NCBI GenBank assembly: GCA_042219045.1
Contig: JBDGQO010000065.1
Coordinates: 1 to 50,719, forward strand
Origin: Candidatus Bipolaricaulia bacterium
GTDB lineage: Bacteria; Bipolaricaulota; Bipolaricaulia; RBG-16-55-9
DNA: 50,719 bases
Direction: 5' to 3'
Under the pieces are notes generated by a model. The model searched no databases, had not been told where the DNA came from, and was given only the letters and a program-made list of their open reading frames with translations. The position numbers and the translations under genes are program-made. Below, one piece after another: positions 39,540 to 48,907 of this stretch; the stretch's first letter is position 1; every line of letters begins with the position of its first letter.

Positions 39540-42407
39540 ATGTTTCGACGGCTCGGTGCGAGAGCCACATGCGCGGTGCTTCTGCTGGCCGCGCTTGTGC
39601 TCGTCCCTGCGAAGATGATGCCCACGGCCGCCGCCAGCCAAGACGGCCCCGCGTTGGTGCCGTCGGTGGTGAGCGACCAACTGAAGGAACGAGGCCACGT
39701 GATCACCGACGACCAGGGGGTGCCGCACGTTTTCGCGCAGAACGCGCATGACCTCTATTTCATGACGGGCTACGTCCAAGCTCGCGATCGCTTGTTCCAG
39801 ATGGACGTCACACGCCGCCAGGCGAGCGGCACGCTGGCCGAACTGGTCGGGCCCGACGCGCTCTCCAGTGACGTGCAACTGCGGACGCTCGGCCTCCGCC
39901 GGGCAGCAAAGCGGAGTCTGGAGGCCATCTCCGACGAAGCCCGCCGCGAGCTGCAGGCTTTCGCTGACGGGGTCAATGCGTTCATCAACCAGGCCGAATC
40001 CAAGGGCCAGTTGCCGCCGGCATATGGCGCGCTGGAATTGACCGAAGTCGAGCCGTGGACCGTGGTTGACTCGCTCGTGGTCGCGAAGGCCCTCGCGTTT
40101 CGACTTGCGTTTGACGGCTTCGAGACCGAATACACCCAGGCCTTCCTCGGCTACAGCCGGGCCCTGCGAGGCACGGGCATCGACGGCGCGACGCTGTTCA
40201 ACCAGGATCTATTCCGCAGTGCGCCGGTCAACGACACGACCGTTCTCGCGCGAAACGACCGTGACAAGGCCGAGCCTCAGGTCAAGCTCGACCGAGCCAC
40301 CCACGACCGACCGTCATCGACGCTGGACGCGTCGACGTTCAAGATGTTGAGCGACTATCTGGATGAGATCCGCAACATTCCCATGTTCAAGCCGCTATTG
40401 AAACAACGCGGCGTCGGCAGCAACTGGTTCGTCGTCTCCGGCAAGCACACGGAGAGCGGGCATCCGATATTGGCCAACGACCCGCACCTCAGCCTGACCA
40501 ACCCCTCCGTCTTCTACGAGATGGACCACAAGATCGACAACGGGGAGACGCTCAGCGCCAGCGGCGTGGCGTTTCCGGGCGTCCCCTACGTCGTGCTGGG
40601 GCAGACGGACAGCATTGCCTGGGGCGCGACAAACAACCCCATCGACGAGACCGACTTCTTCCGGGAGAAGCTCGTCCAGGGCGAACAAGGCCGGCTCTTT
40701 ACCGTCTTCGGCGGCAAGCGCGAGCCCGTGAAGGTGATCCCCGAAACGTACCGGGCCAACCAGATCGGCGACGACCAGCCGAACAACGTGACCACGGTGC
40801 CGCCGGGCGATCAGGTGCCGAAGGCGACGCTGGTTGCGCCGCGCCACGGCCCGATCGTCCAGATGGATCGCGAGGCGGGTGAGGCGATCAGTGTCCAGTT
40901 CACGGGATTCTATGACACCCGGGAAGTCGACACGTTCCGATCGTGGAATCGCGCGGATAACCTCGACGATTTCCGGAAGGGCCTGGAGACGTTCGACTTC
41001 GGCTCACAGAACTGGGCGTACGCCGACACGGCGGGCAACATTGCGTACTTCGCCAGCGGCGAGGTGCCGCTGCGCCAGGACCTGCAGCAGGGCTTTGTCG
41101 ACCTGATCCCGCCCTTCCTCGTTCGCAACGGGACGGGCTCGTTGCAACACGAGTGGATTCCCGACGAAGATCCGGCCCCCAAGCAGGCCATCCCATTCCA
41201 GACGCTTCCCTTCTCGGAAATGCCCCAATCGGTCAATCCGGAGAAGGGCTTCATCGTCTCGGCGAACAACGACCCCTTGGGCCACACGCTCGACAACGAT
41301 CCGCTCAATCAGCGTCGGCCGTCGGGCAAGGGGCTGTTCTATCTCAGCCCGAGCTATGCCAGCGGCTTCCGCGCTGGGCGATTGACGGAGTTGATCCGGA
41401 CCGAGATCGAGGGCGACGGCACCGTCTCCGTCGACGATGCCAAGGCCTTCATGGCCGACGTCACGCAACTGTCGGCGCGCCGGCTCGTGCCCCATCTGGT
41501 GAGGGCCATTGAAACGGCCCTGGCCGAGGAGGCTCCGGCGCCGCTGGCGAAGTTCGCCCAGGATCCACGTCTAGCGAAGATCCGCGATCTCTTGGCGACC
41601 TGGAATTACTCGACGCCGACGGGGCTAACATCAGGCTATGGCGAGAACAAGTCGGCCGGAGAAGCGCCCAGCGAGCGCGAGGTCAACGCCAGCATCGCCG
41701 CCACGATCGCCAACGTCTGGATCTCCCAACTGACCAGTAACACGGTCGACGCCGCCCTGAATGCCATCTCGCCCCAGTTGCCCAAGCCCAACTCCCGCGG
41801 CGTGGTCCGCGCGCTGGCCCATCAGTTGGAGACGTTCCCGGCCAATCAGGGCGTTGGCGCCTCCGGATTGCCGCTTTTCGACGTGCCCGACCTGGACGCG
41901 CCTGCGCCCGTGGAGCGCGACCTGATCCTGTTGGGCAGCCTCCGGGACGCCCTCAAGGCGTTGAGCAGTGAGGCATTCGCCTCGGCGTTCAACGGCTCCA
42001 CGGACCTGCGCGACTATCGTTGGGGCAAGCTCCATCGCATCACGTTCAATCACGTCGCCGAGCTGGGTGGGCCCTTCCAACTGCCCCAGGACGGCAGCTT
42101 TGCGGTCGACGGCGGCTACAACACCGTTGATGCGGCGAGCTTCGACGTGCGGGCCGACGAACCCGGCGACTTCAACTTCAGCGACGGGCCGTCGCGGCGC
42201 ACGGTCTCCGTGCTCGCGCCCAGCGGCATCGAGACCCATCAGGTCCTGCCGGGCGGCCAGAGCGGCAACCCGGGCACGGAGCACTTCGGCGACCAGCTCC
42301 CGCTCTGGTTGACCAACCGCTTCCACCCGCTCCTCACCGATCCCGTCGCCATCGTGAACAACGGCGCCACGTGGCAGGACTTCCTGCCGGCGCCCGGCTC
42401 CGAGTAA
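39540..42407 (+). CDS. Exported penicillin-acylase-family Ntn hydrolase
   Basis: Signal peptide; DDQGVPHVFA, QARDRLFQMD, G-SNWFVV (Ser nucleophile), ANDPHL, SANN, PGGQSG. Confidence 0.93.
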   Translation: MFRRLGARATCAVLLLAALVLVPAKMMPTAAASQDGPALVPSVVSDQLKERGHVITDDQGVPHVFAQNAHDLYFMTGYVQARDRLFQMDVTRRQASGTLAELVGPDALSSDVQLRTLGLRRAAKRSLEAISDEARRELQAFADGVNAFINQAESKGQLPPAYGALELTEVEPWTVVDSLVVAKALAFRLAFDGFETEYTQAFLGYSRALRGTGIDGATLFNQDLFRSAPVNDTTVLARNDRDKAEPQVKLDRATHDRPSSTLDASTFKMLSDYLDEIRNIPMFKPLLKQRGVGSNWFVVSGKHTESGHPILANDPHLSLTNPSVFYEMDHKIDNGETLSASGVAFPGVPYVVLGQTDSIAWGATNNPIDETDFFREKLVQGEQGRLFTVFGGKREPVKVIPETYRANQIGDDQPNNVTTVPPGDQVPKATLVAPRHGPIVQMDREAGEAISVQFTGFYDTREVDTFRSWNRADNLDDFRKGLETFDFGSQNWAYADTAGNIAYFASGEVPLRQDLQQGFVDLIPPFLVRNGTGSLQHEWIPDEDPAPKQAIPFQTLPFSEMPQSVNPEKGFIVSANNDPLGHTLDNDPLNQRRPSGKGLFYLSPSYASGFRAGRLTELIRTEIEGDGTVSVDDAKAFMADVTQLSARRLVPHLVRAIETALAEEAPAPLAKFAQDPRLAKIRDLLATWNYSTPTGLTSGYGENKSAGEAPSEREVNASIAATIANVWISQLTSNTVDAALNAISPQLPKPNSRGVVRALAHQLETFPANQGVGASGLPLFDVPDLDAPAPVERDLILLGSLRDALKALSSEAFASAFNGSTDLRDYRWGKLHRITFNHVAELGGPFQLPQDGSFAVDGGYNTVDAASFDVRADEPGDFNFSDGPSRRTVSVLAPSGIETHQVLPGGQSGNPGTEHFGDQLPLWLTNRFHPLLTDPVAIVNNGATWQDFLPAPGSE

Positions 42408-42437
42408 AATCCCCTAGACACCGATGCCGAACGTCGA

Positions 42438-42466
42438 GGAGAGGGAGAGCCAAGCTCTCCCTCTCC
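42438..42466. terminator. Hairpin between convergent genes (probable terminator)
   Basis: GGAGAGGGAGAGC-CAA-GCTCTCCCTCTCC, a 13-bp perfect stem. Confidence 0.6.
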
Positions 42467-42511
42467 CTTCGTCATGCCGCCACGTTGAGATGTCCTGTCT
42501 GGCCCATCAGC

Positions 42512-43147
42512 TCATTGAGGGTTCGGCGCAAGCGGCTTGCGGAAGAGCGTCGGGTCGTCGGCATCGGCGGCGAACCCCATCTCGCGCAGATACCGCTGGT
42601 GTTCCGCCACCTCGGTCCGTGAACGCAGCCACTGCACACCGCGATCGCGGAAAAAGCTCGACTCCTCGTCGTAGAGGAAACGCCCGTTCTGGAAGTCACG
42701 ATAGGCCGGCGTGACGTAGTCAACGTGGACGTCGACGACCTCGTCGACTTGCTCGTAGACGACCAACCCGACCGGGGCAAGGTTGCGGAAGATCATCAGG
42801 CACGAGCGCTCCAGGTCGCGCTCCCGGTCAAAGTCGGGAAAGAAGCGCTGGATGTCGTCGGCATGCTCGTCGACGAAGCGTTGCAGGATGGGGTCGTCAG
42901 CAGGCCGATGGAAGGCGTCAAAGGCGTCGCGGGCGTTCGCCATCCGCCGCAGATAGAAGACGTTGACGCCGGAAATCCAGGCGTTGACGACCAGCACGGG
43001 CCAGGCCGCGATCAGCCAGGCGTAGACCACGAACGTCACCGCGCCCCCGAGGTTGATCCAGCGGAGCCGCCAGACGTTGTTCATGGTCAGCGACAGTGCC
43101 ACGAGCACCGAGGCCAGATAGCCGAGCAGTTCGATGACGATGTTCAT
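42512..43147 (-). CDS. Membrane protein: YgjV-like three-TM N-terminus with a GNAT-like soluble domain
   Basis: GYLASVLVALSL..LRWINLGG TM region; VDYVTPAYRD..GRFLY...YLREMGF. Confidence 0.7.
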   Translation of the reverse strand: MNIVIELLGYLASVLVALSLTMNNVWRLRWINLGGAVTFVVYAWLIAAWPVLVVNAWISGVNVFYLRRMANARDAFDAFHRPADDPILQRFVDEHADDIQRFFPDFDRERDLERSCLMIFRNLAPVGLVVYEQVDEVVDVHVDYVTPAYRDFQNGRFLYDEESSFFRDRGVQWLRSRTEVAEHQRYLREMGFAADADDPTLFRKPLAPNPQ

Positions 43148-43220
43148 GGTCCCCTCCTTCGCGCGTGGCCGCTAGCCTAGACGTTCCGCGGCGGGTCGGC
43201 AACAACGTCCGCTGTGGCGT

Positions 43221-43314
43221 GATTACTGACCACTGCAGAATCAGCGTCAACCGATGGTCGCAACGTTGGCCCCACTGACGGCAAGTGAATTGACCGAACG
43301 TTCCCGATGATCAG
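43221..43314 (+). repeat. 94-bp imperfect direct repeat, copy A
   Basis: Gapless alignment to 44773-44866, about 73/94 identical by hand count; core GTCAACCGATGGTCG is identical. Confidence 0.85.
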
Positions 43315-43412
43315 GGAATAGGAGTGCATTCGGGCCCTTGCACGCGGTGGACTGCCCCCAAGCTACAGAAGACGGCTGAATGCCGACATCAAACCCTCTA
43401 GAATAGGCCATC

Positions 43413-44699
43413 ATGGCGACGGTGCTGGTCGTAGGAAGCGGCGGCCGCGAGCATGCGCTCGCACGCTCGCTGGCCGACGACGCCGACGTTGACCGCGTGT
43501 TGTGCGTGCCGGGCAATGCCGGCACGGCTGCCCTGGCCAACGTCTACAATGTCCCTCAAGCCGAGCCGAGCGAGGTCGTGGCGCTGGCCGTCCGGGAGGA
43601 CGTGGATTTGGCCGTGGTCGGGCCCGAAGATGCCCTGATCGACGGGCTGGCGGACGAGCTGCGCCACCGTGGCGTTCGTGCCTTTGGCTTCGGCCGCGAT
43701 GCGGCGCAGTTGCGCGGAAGCAAGATTTACGCCAAGCGCTTCATGAGCAAGCACGGGGTTCCCTCCCCGCCATATCGCGTCTTTAATCACCCGAAGCCGG
43801 CGCTGAGCTACCTTGAAGCCATGTGGGCCGAGAACCCCGACCAGCCCTACGACGTCAAGCCCGACGAGCCCTGTCAGGGACAAGGCAATCACGTCGTTAG
43901 GAACGTGCGTGAGGCGAAGCGGGCGCTGCACCGCCTCCTCTCCGACCGGGCGTGCGGGGTCGGCGAGCGCGTGGTCGTCGAGGAAGGGATCGGGGGCCAC
44001 GACGCCTCCCTGACGGCGCTCACCGATGGACAGACGCTTCTGACCGTGCCGCCTGCTCACGTCCAGCAACGCTTAGCCGACTCCGGCACGGGCCCGAGCA
44101 CCGAAGGCATGGGCGCCTATGCGCCGGCTGCCTTGCTCGACGAGCAAGTCTATGGCCGCGTGGAAGCGGAGATCGTCCTCCCCACACTCGACGGGCTGCA
44201 CACGGATCGAGCGGCAAGCGTCGGGGCGTTGGACCTCGGCTTGCGGGTTGACCCGAAAGGCAAGCCCCACGCGTTGGCCTATCACGTCGGCTTCGGAGAT
44301 CCGCAAACGCAGACGCTGCTGGCGCTATTGGCAAGCGATCTCTATCCCGTATTGTCGGCCTGCGAGGACGGCCGCTTGGATCGGACCGAGCTGCGCTGGC
44401 GCGATGGCGCGGCGGTGAGCGTGGTGCTCACCGTGGAGGGCTACCCGCATGACCTGGCCCACCGGAATGAGCCGATCGTGGGATTGGCCGATGTCGAAGC
44501 AATGCCGGACGTGTTCGTCGATCACGGAGGCACGGATCGACGTCGAGGTCAGCTCGTCACCCGAGGCGGTCGAGTGCTGACGGTCACGGGCCGGGGGCCC
44601 GAAATGGCGTCAGCGCGCGAGCGCGCCTATGAGGCGATTGGCAGAATCCGGTTTCCAGGCATGAGCTATCGCCGGGATATCGCCGAGCGGGCGCTTTAG
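43413..44699 (+). CDS. PurD (GAR synthetase)-like protein with degenerate active site
   Basis: GSGGREHAL, PGNAG, VGPE, GMGAY, FGDP, TRGGRVL, YRRDIA retained; ATP/metal/substrate motifs substituted. Confidence 0.88.
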   Translation: MATVLVVGSGGREHALARSLADDADVDRVLCVPGNAGTAALANVYNVPQAEPSEVVALAVREDVDLAVVGPEDALIDGLADELRHRGVRAFGFGRDAAQLRGSKIYAKRFMSKHGVPSPPYRVFNHPKPALSYLEAMWAENPDQPYDVKPDEPCQGQGNHVVRNVREAKRALHRLLSDRACGVGERVVVEEGIGGHDASLTALTDGQTLLTVPPAHVQQRLADSGTGPSTEGMGAYAPAALLDEQVYGRVEAEIVLPTLDGLHTDRAASVGALDLGLRVDPKGKPHALAYHVGFGDPQTQTLLALLASDLYPVLSACEDGRLDRTELRWRDGAAVSVVLTVEGYPHDLAHRNEPIVGLADVEAMPDVFVDHGGTDRRRGQLVTRGGRVLTVTGRGPEMASARERAYEAIGRIRFPGMSYRRDIAERAL

Positions 44700-44772
44700 T
44701 CACGCCATCTGCTGGCGCTGTCCTGCTTGTGGCACAGGAACGCCCGCCTCCGCCAATAGGGCCCAACGATTG

Positions 44773-44866
44773 GCTTACAGGCCACCGCACAAGTCGAGTC
44801 AACCGATGGTCGACATGTTGGCCCTACCGACAGCAACTGACTTGACCGGACTTTCGCGCTGATCAG
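44773..44866 (+). repeat. 94-bp imperfect direct repeat, copy B
   Basis: Matches 43221-43314; lies between two convergent stop codons. Confidence 0.85.
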
Positions 44867-44972
44867 TAAGTGCCCGGACCCCAGCGGGAACCTCGTTTCG
44901 GTCTCCGACGCGGTGGGAGACGAGCTCCGTTGGTGCATGCGTCAAGGGATCGCGTCGTGAGGGCCGGCCCCT

Positions 44973-46043
44973 TCAGTCCAGATGGGCCTGCGTCACCGGC
45001 GTGGGGTTGGGCCTGCCCAACAGAAAGCCCTGGACCAGGTCGACGCCGAGGTCACGCATCTGTTCAAACTCATCTCGAGTTTCGACGCCTTCGGCCAACA
45101 CGAGAATATCGTGCGACCTGCCCAGCTTGAGGATGGCTTCGGCGATGTCGAAGTGCATGTCGGAGCTCACTGCCTTGTTGACGATGTTGCGATCGATTTT
45201 GATCAGATCCGGCTTGAACTCGCCGAGCCAATCCAGTCCGCTGTAGCCCGTACCGAGGTCGTCCAAGGCGACTTTGACTTGCTGGTTCCGGTAGTACTCC
45301 AACACGTTCTTCAGATGGGCTTGTTCCGTGATGGATTCGGTCTCCACGACCTCGAAGATGATCTGGTCCCGTTGCAGCTCGGTATGTTCCAGCGCCGCCA
45401 GGGTCGTTCGCAGGCAGAACTGCGGCTCGTAGACGGCGTTCGGCATAAAGTTGATCATAACGTGGAGGTCGTCGGGGATCGCCTGTTGGGCCGCATTGTG
45501 GATATGGGTCTCGCGGCAAACTCGATCCAACATGAAGGTCAGGTTCAGCTGACGCGACTGCGCGATCAGCTTGCCCGGCGATACGAGCTCGCCGTCGGCG
45601 TTGCGTCCTCGCATCAAACACTCGAAGCCGTAGGGGCTCAGATTGGGAAGGCGAAACACGGGTTGGAACAACGTTTCCAACGAGCCGGTTTCGAGGATGT
45701 GCCATAGCTCGGTGTCCTCCACGTTGGTGAACTCGGATAGGGCTGAGGCTGTCAGCAACGTCGAGGCTTGCTCCTCCAGGGGCGTCGTCGCGTCGAGCCA
45801 AGCGGCTCGCATAAACCGAAACTGCTCCGCTTCGAGCACCGTGCGTAACACGTCGCTGACCTGCTGGGCACTCTGGAAACGGCGCGACGGCCCGATATGG
45901 ACGAGCACGACGCCGAGATCGGAGCGATCAGTCCAACCCAGTTCGCGGACGACGTCGAGGAAATCAGCGCTTTCTTCACGGATCTGGCCGGGAATTAGTG
46001 CCAGCAGTCGCTCTCCCGTCTGACACGTGCACGTATGAGACAT
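44973..46043 (-). CDS. EAL-domain c-di-GMP phosphodiesterase with an uncharacterised N-terminal domain
   Basis: FQP, ECLMR, INF, FEVVE, DDLGTGYS, IKIDR, AEGVE, QGF. Confidence 0.92.
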   Translation of the reverse strand: MSHTCTCQTGERLLALIPGQIREESADFLDVVRELGWTDRSDLGVVLVHIGPSRRFQSAQQVSDVLRTVLEAEQFRFMRAAWLDATTPLEEQASTLLTASALSEFTNVEDTELWHILETGSLETLFQPVFRLPNLSPYGFECLMRGRNADGELVSPGKLIAQSRQLNLTFMLDRVCRETHIHNAAQQAIPDDLHVMINFMPNAVYEPQFCLRTTLAALEHTELQRDQIIFEVVETESITEQAHLKNVLEYYRNQQVKVALDDLGTGYSGLDWLGEFKPDLIKIDRNIVNKAVSSDMHFDIAEAILKLGRSHDILVLAEGVETRDEFEQMRDLGVDLVQGFLLGRPNPTPVTQAHLD

Positions 46044-46301
46044 AGCTGAAAGTTTATCAAAATATGAAGCTTAAAGCAAACTCTTCCGGTCCATATCCTT
46101 TCAAGAGCTATCATTTGTTTCTATAAAATTAAGTCATGATTTGGTAAGTTGAAAATAGATCACGAATCGTCGCAATGGCGTTGAATTGTCAGATCGGCTG
46201 TGGCTTTGACGCAACAGCGAAATGGGATCGAACGTAGACGAAAGCTCGATGTTGTCGGATGCGCTTCGCGCCATTTACGGACTTGATGCCCGACGCTCAG
46301 C

Positions 46302-47270
46302 TTAGGACCTGACGGAGCCTGACAGGAGCATGTCAAGCATGATGGTCCGGAAACGCTGTGTATCAAGGGACGTCACGACCTGCGTGCGCGCTTCCCCTTG
46401 GGTCACGCCGAGTTCGTCCACGGCACTGTAGCCGCGCGTGAGGCCTTCCCGGTTGTCGACCTGTACGTGCCACTGCGCCGTCTGCTCAATCAGGCCCGGC
46501 TCCATGAGCGCGGCAATCAGCGCGGAGTCGGGATGCATCGTCACCTCACGTCCCCACAACTGCCGATTGGAGACGCGTTCATGCCGGGTCACCTGCTGAT
46601 AGAACCGCGACCGATCGGTCTTCGGGTCGGTCTCAATGCGCGCGAGCGTCTCCGCGCCGAAGCCGGTGTCGCGGACGGTCAATCCCCAGTCAAACAGGAC
46701 CACATCGAGCGAATCCAGCACGATCCGGGCGGCGTCCGGGTCGACCCAAAAATTGTACTCCGCTGATGGGGTCACGTTACCCAAGCAGTTGACGTTGCCG
46801 CCCATGATCAATACCTCATCGAGCAGCTCGCCCAGGCGGGGCTCTAGCTGGAGCGCCAGGGCGATATTGGTCAGCGGCGCAATGCAGGCAAGCGTCATCT
46901 TCCCCGGATGTTGGCGCGCCCTGTCCACCAAGTAGGTCGCCGCGTGGCGCCGACCCGAGGGGATGCCGGTCTCCACGAAGGCATGGCCGCCAAGGCCGTC
47001 TTCGCCATGGACCTCCTCGGCGTGCGCGTGCGTTTTGACCAGAGGTCGGCGGGCGCCCTCGTAGACGGTCGCGCTGCTGTCGGCCAATTGAAGCGTGTAT
47101 TTGGCGTTCTCCACTTGAGCGTCGAACGCAACGTTGCCAGCCGCAATCGTGACGCCATCAAGGATGAGGCGCGACGACGTCGCCGCCAGCATCAACGCCT
47201 GCGTGTCGTCGCCGGCGGTGTCGGTATCGACGATGACGCGACGCGCCGTCGAGGTATCGTGATCCGGCAT
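46302..47270 (-). CDS. Nucleoside hydrolase (IU-NH family)
   Basis: DTDTAGDD, AGNV, HGEDGLG, PLTNIA, MGG..GNVTPSAEYNFWVDPDAA, HPD. Confidence 0.93.
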   Translation of the reverse strand: MPDHDTSTARRVIVDTDTAGDDTQALMLAATSSRLILDGVTIAAGNVAFDAQVENAKYTLQLADSSATVYEGARRPLVKTHAHAEEVHGEDGLGGHAFVETGIPSGRRHAATYLVDRARQHPGKMTLACIAPLTNIALALQLEPRLGELLDEVLIMGGNVNCLGNVTPSAEYNFWVDPDAARIVLDSLDVVLFDWGLTVRDTGFGAETLARIETDPKTDRSRFYQQVTRHERVSNRQLWGREVTMHPDSALIAALMEPGLIEQTAQWHVQVDNREGLTRGYSAVDELGVTQGEARTQVVTSLDTQRFRTIMLDMLLSGSVRS

Positions 47271-47893
47271 GGCCTTCACCTACTGGTTGCGAAATGATCA
47301 ACCCTACGATGCACGAAGCGGCGACTCGACGCTCTCATTCATACCAAACGGGAAAAGCCAGAGCCAAGTGAGCCACATTCGTGGCGGGCAAGTTCACATG
47401 GCCCGACCTGTATACGTGTTGCCTATTCCATTATGCTTTACGTAGGCGACGACGGCAACCCCGCCGTCTGTCACTACAGGTTACAGCAGCGATGGAGCCG
47501 GATGCAGCTTCGAGAACTCGTTGGGTGCGGTCGATCGTGGGTCGAAGCCATGGCCCTTGTCGAGCGAAGTCGGATTGCTTAACCTGCCCATTCCAGTGGA
47601 TTATGACAAGAGACGGTTGGCGTTTGAGCTTTCCAAATCGATCCTCAAGATATTTCTCACTCAGCGTGCCGACGTTAGCGAGATGGAAGACAATTCCGTC
47701 AATGGGCTGCTAGGGCCAGAAATCGAGATGTCAAGGGAAGCGGCGTGGCTTCGCCATGCGCTGCTACCACCCCCGCGGCGCGACGTTGTCGGAAGGAGCG
47801 CCGACAGGTTATGGATCCCGCTCGGTTGGGGCAGCGACATCGGGCTGGAACACGCTGACGCGGGGGAACTTCGTCCACGAAGGGGAGGCGAGC

Positions 47894-48859
47894 ATGAACG
47901 CGATTCCGTTAGACCAGCAGCGGTTTGACCGCTACGACACTTCCACCTCGACGTTCGTCCTCGCCATCGTCACCGACGAGGATCAGGCGGCCCAGGTGGA
48001 ACTCGACGATGGGCAGATCGCTTGGCAATCCACGGTCCGCTACGACCGACTCTACAGACGAGAAGACCCGGACACGGAGCAGGTCAGCTACGAGGTCGAG
48101 CAGATTCCGCCTGAGGAGGGCGGCCTGAACCGCCTCATCAGCCTGGTGGCCGAGGGCGGTCGGGGCGCGGAGTTCTCCGAACTGGCGCTGTTCGGCGAGC
48201 GGCTGCTGGCGTTTGACGACCGCACGGGCATGGTCTGCGAGATCCGCGAAGGGCACCAACTGATTCCCCGACAGATCCTCATGACCGGCAGCGGCGACGA
48301 GCGCTTCAAGGGGTTCAAGAGCGAGTGGGCCACGCTGAAGGGCGACCGGCTCATCGTGGGCAGCCACGGCAAAAACCGGGAAGAATCCTGGATCAAGGAG
48401 ATCAATCCCGGCTATCGGATCGAAAGCCGAGATTGGCAAGGGCCCTACCGCCGAATACTGCAAGCCCTCGGCATCGATCCTGAACGTGGCTACGCGACGC
48501 ACGAAGCCGCCGAATGGCATCCCCATGACGAGCTGTGGTACTTCTTCCCGCGCAAGATCTCGACGGAACCCTTCCAGGAAGCTCGCGATGAGCGCGAATG
48601 CGGCGGCAACACGCTCGTCGTCGCCGACGAGTCCTTCGCCGACATCCGCATGATGAACGTCGGCGAGCGCGTCCCGGAGCGCGGGGTCTCCTCGTTCAAG
48701 TTCATTCCCGGTCGGCCGCGCGAGTGCGTCGGGCTCAAGAGCGTCGAGATCGGAGACGAGACGGAAACGTATCTGTTCTGTTTCGATGTGGACGGAACCG
48801 TGCTCCAACGGGACACGTTCCTCGGGGCCTACAAGTGCGAGGGCGTGGAGATCCTCTGA
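47894..48859 (+). CDS. Calcium-activated apyrase (CANT1/Cimex-type five-bladed propeller) homolog
   Basis: GRGAEFSEL, DDRTG, KGFKSEW, GYATHEA, FFPRK, GVSSFKFIPG, LKSVE, C-terminal KCEGVEIL. ATG follows GGGGAGG. Confidence 0.9.
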   Translation: MNAIPLDQQRFDRYDTSTSTFVLAIVTDEDQAAQVELDDGQIAWQSTVRYDRLYRREDPDTEQVSYEVEQIPPEEGGLNRLISLVAEGGRGAEFSELALFGERLLAFDDRTGMVCEIREGHQLIPRQILMTGSGDERFKGFKSEWATLKGDRLIVGSHGKNREESWIKEINPGYRIESRDWQGPYRRILQALGIDPERGYATHEAAEWHPHDELWYFFPRKISTEPFQEARDERECGGNTLVVADESFADIRMMNVGERVPERGVSSFKFIPGRPRECVGLKSVEIGDETETYLFCFDVDGTVLQRDTFLGAYKCEGVEIL

Positions 48860-48907
48860 GCGGATGCTTGGCCTGACGTCAATGGAATTGCGCAAGCGAG
48901 GCCAGCC

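Noticed and set aside
47280..47893. ORFs or a purine/ykkC/ZTP riboswitch in the long spacer before the apyrase
   Set aside because: The ORFs lack RBS and motifs, a minus-strand open frame has no start codon, and I could not match any riboswitch consensus. An Rfam scan would settle it.
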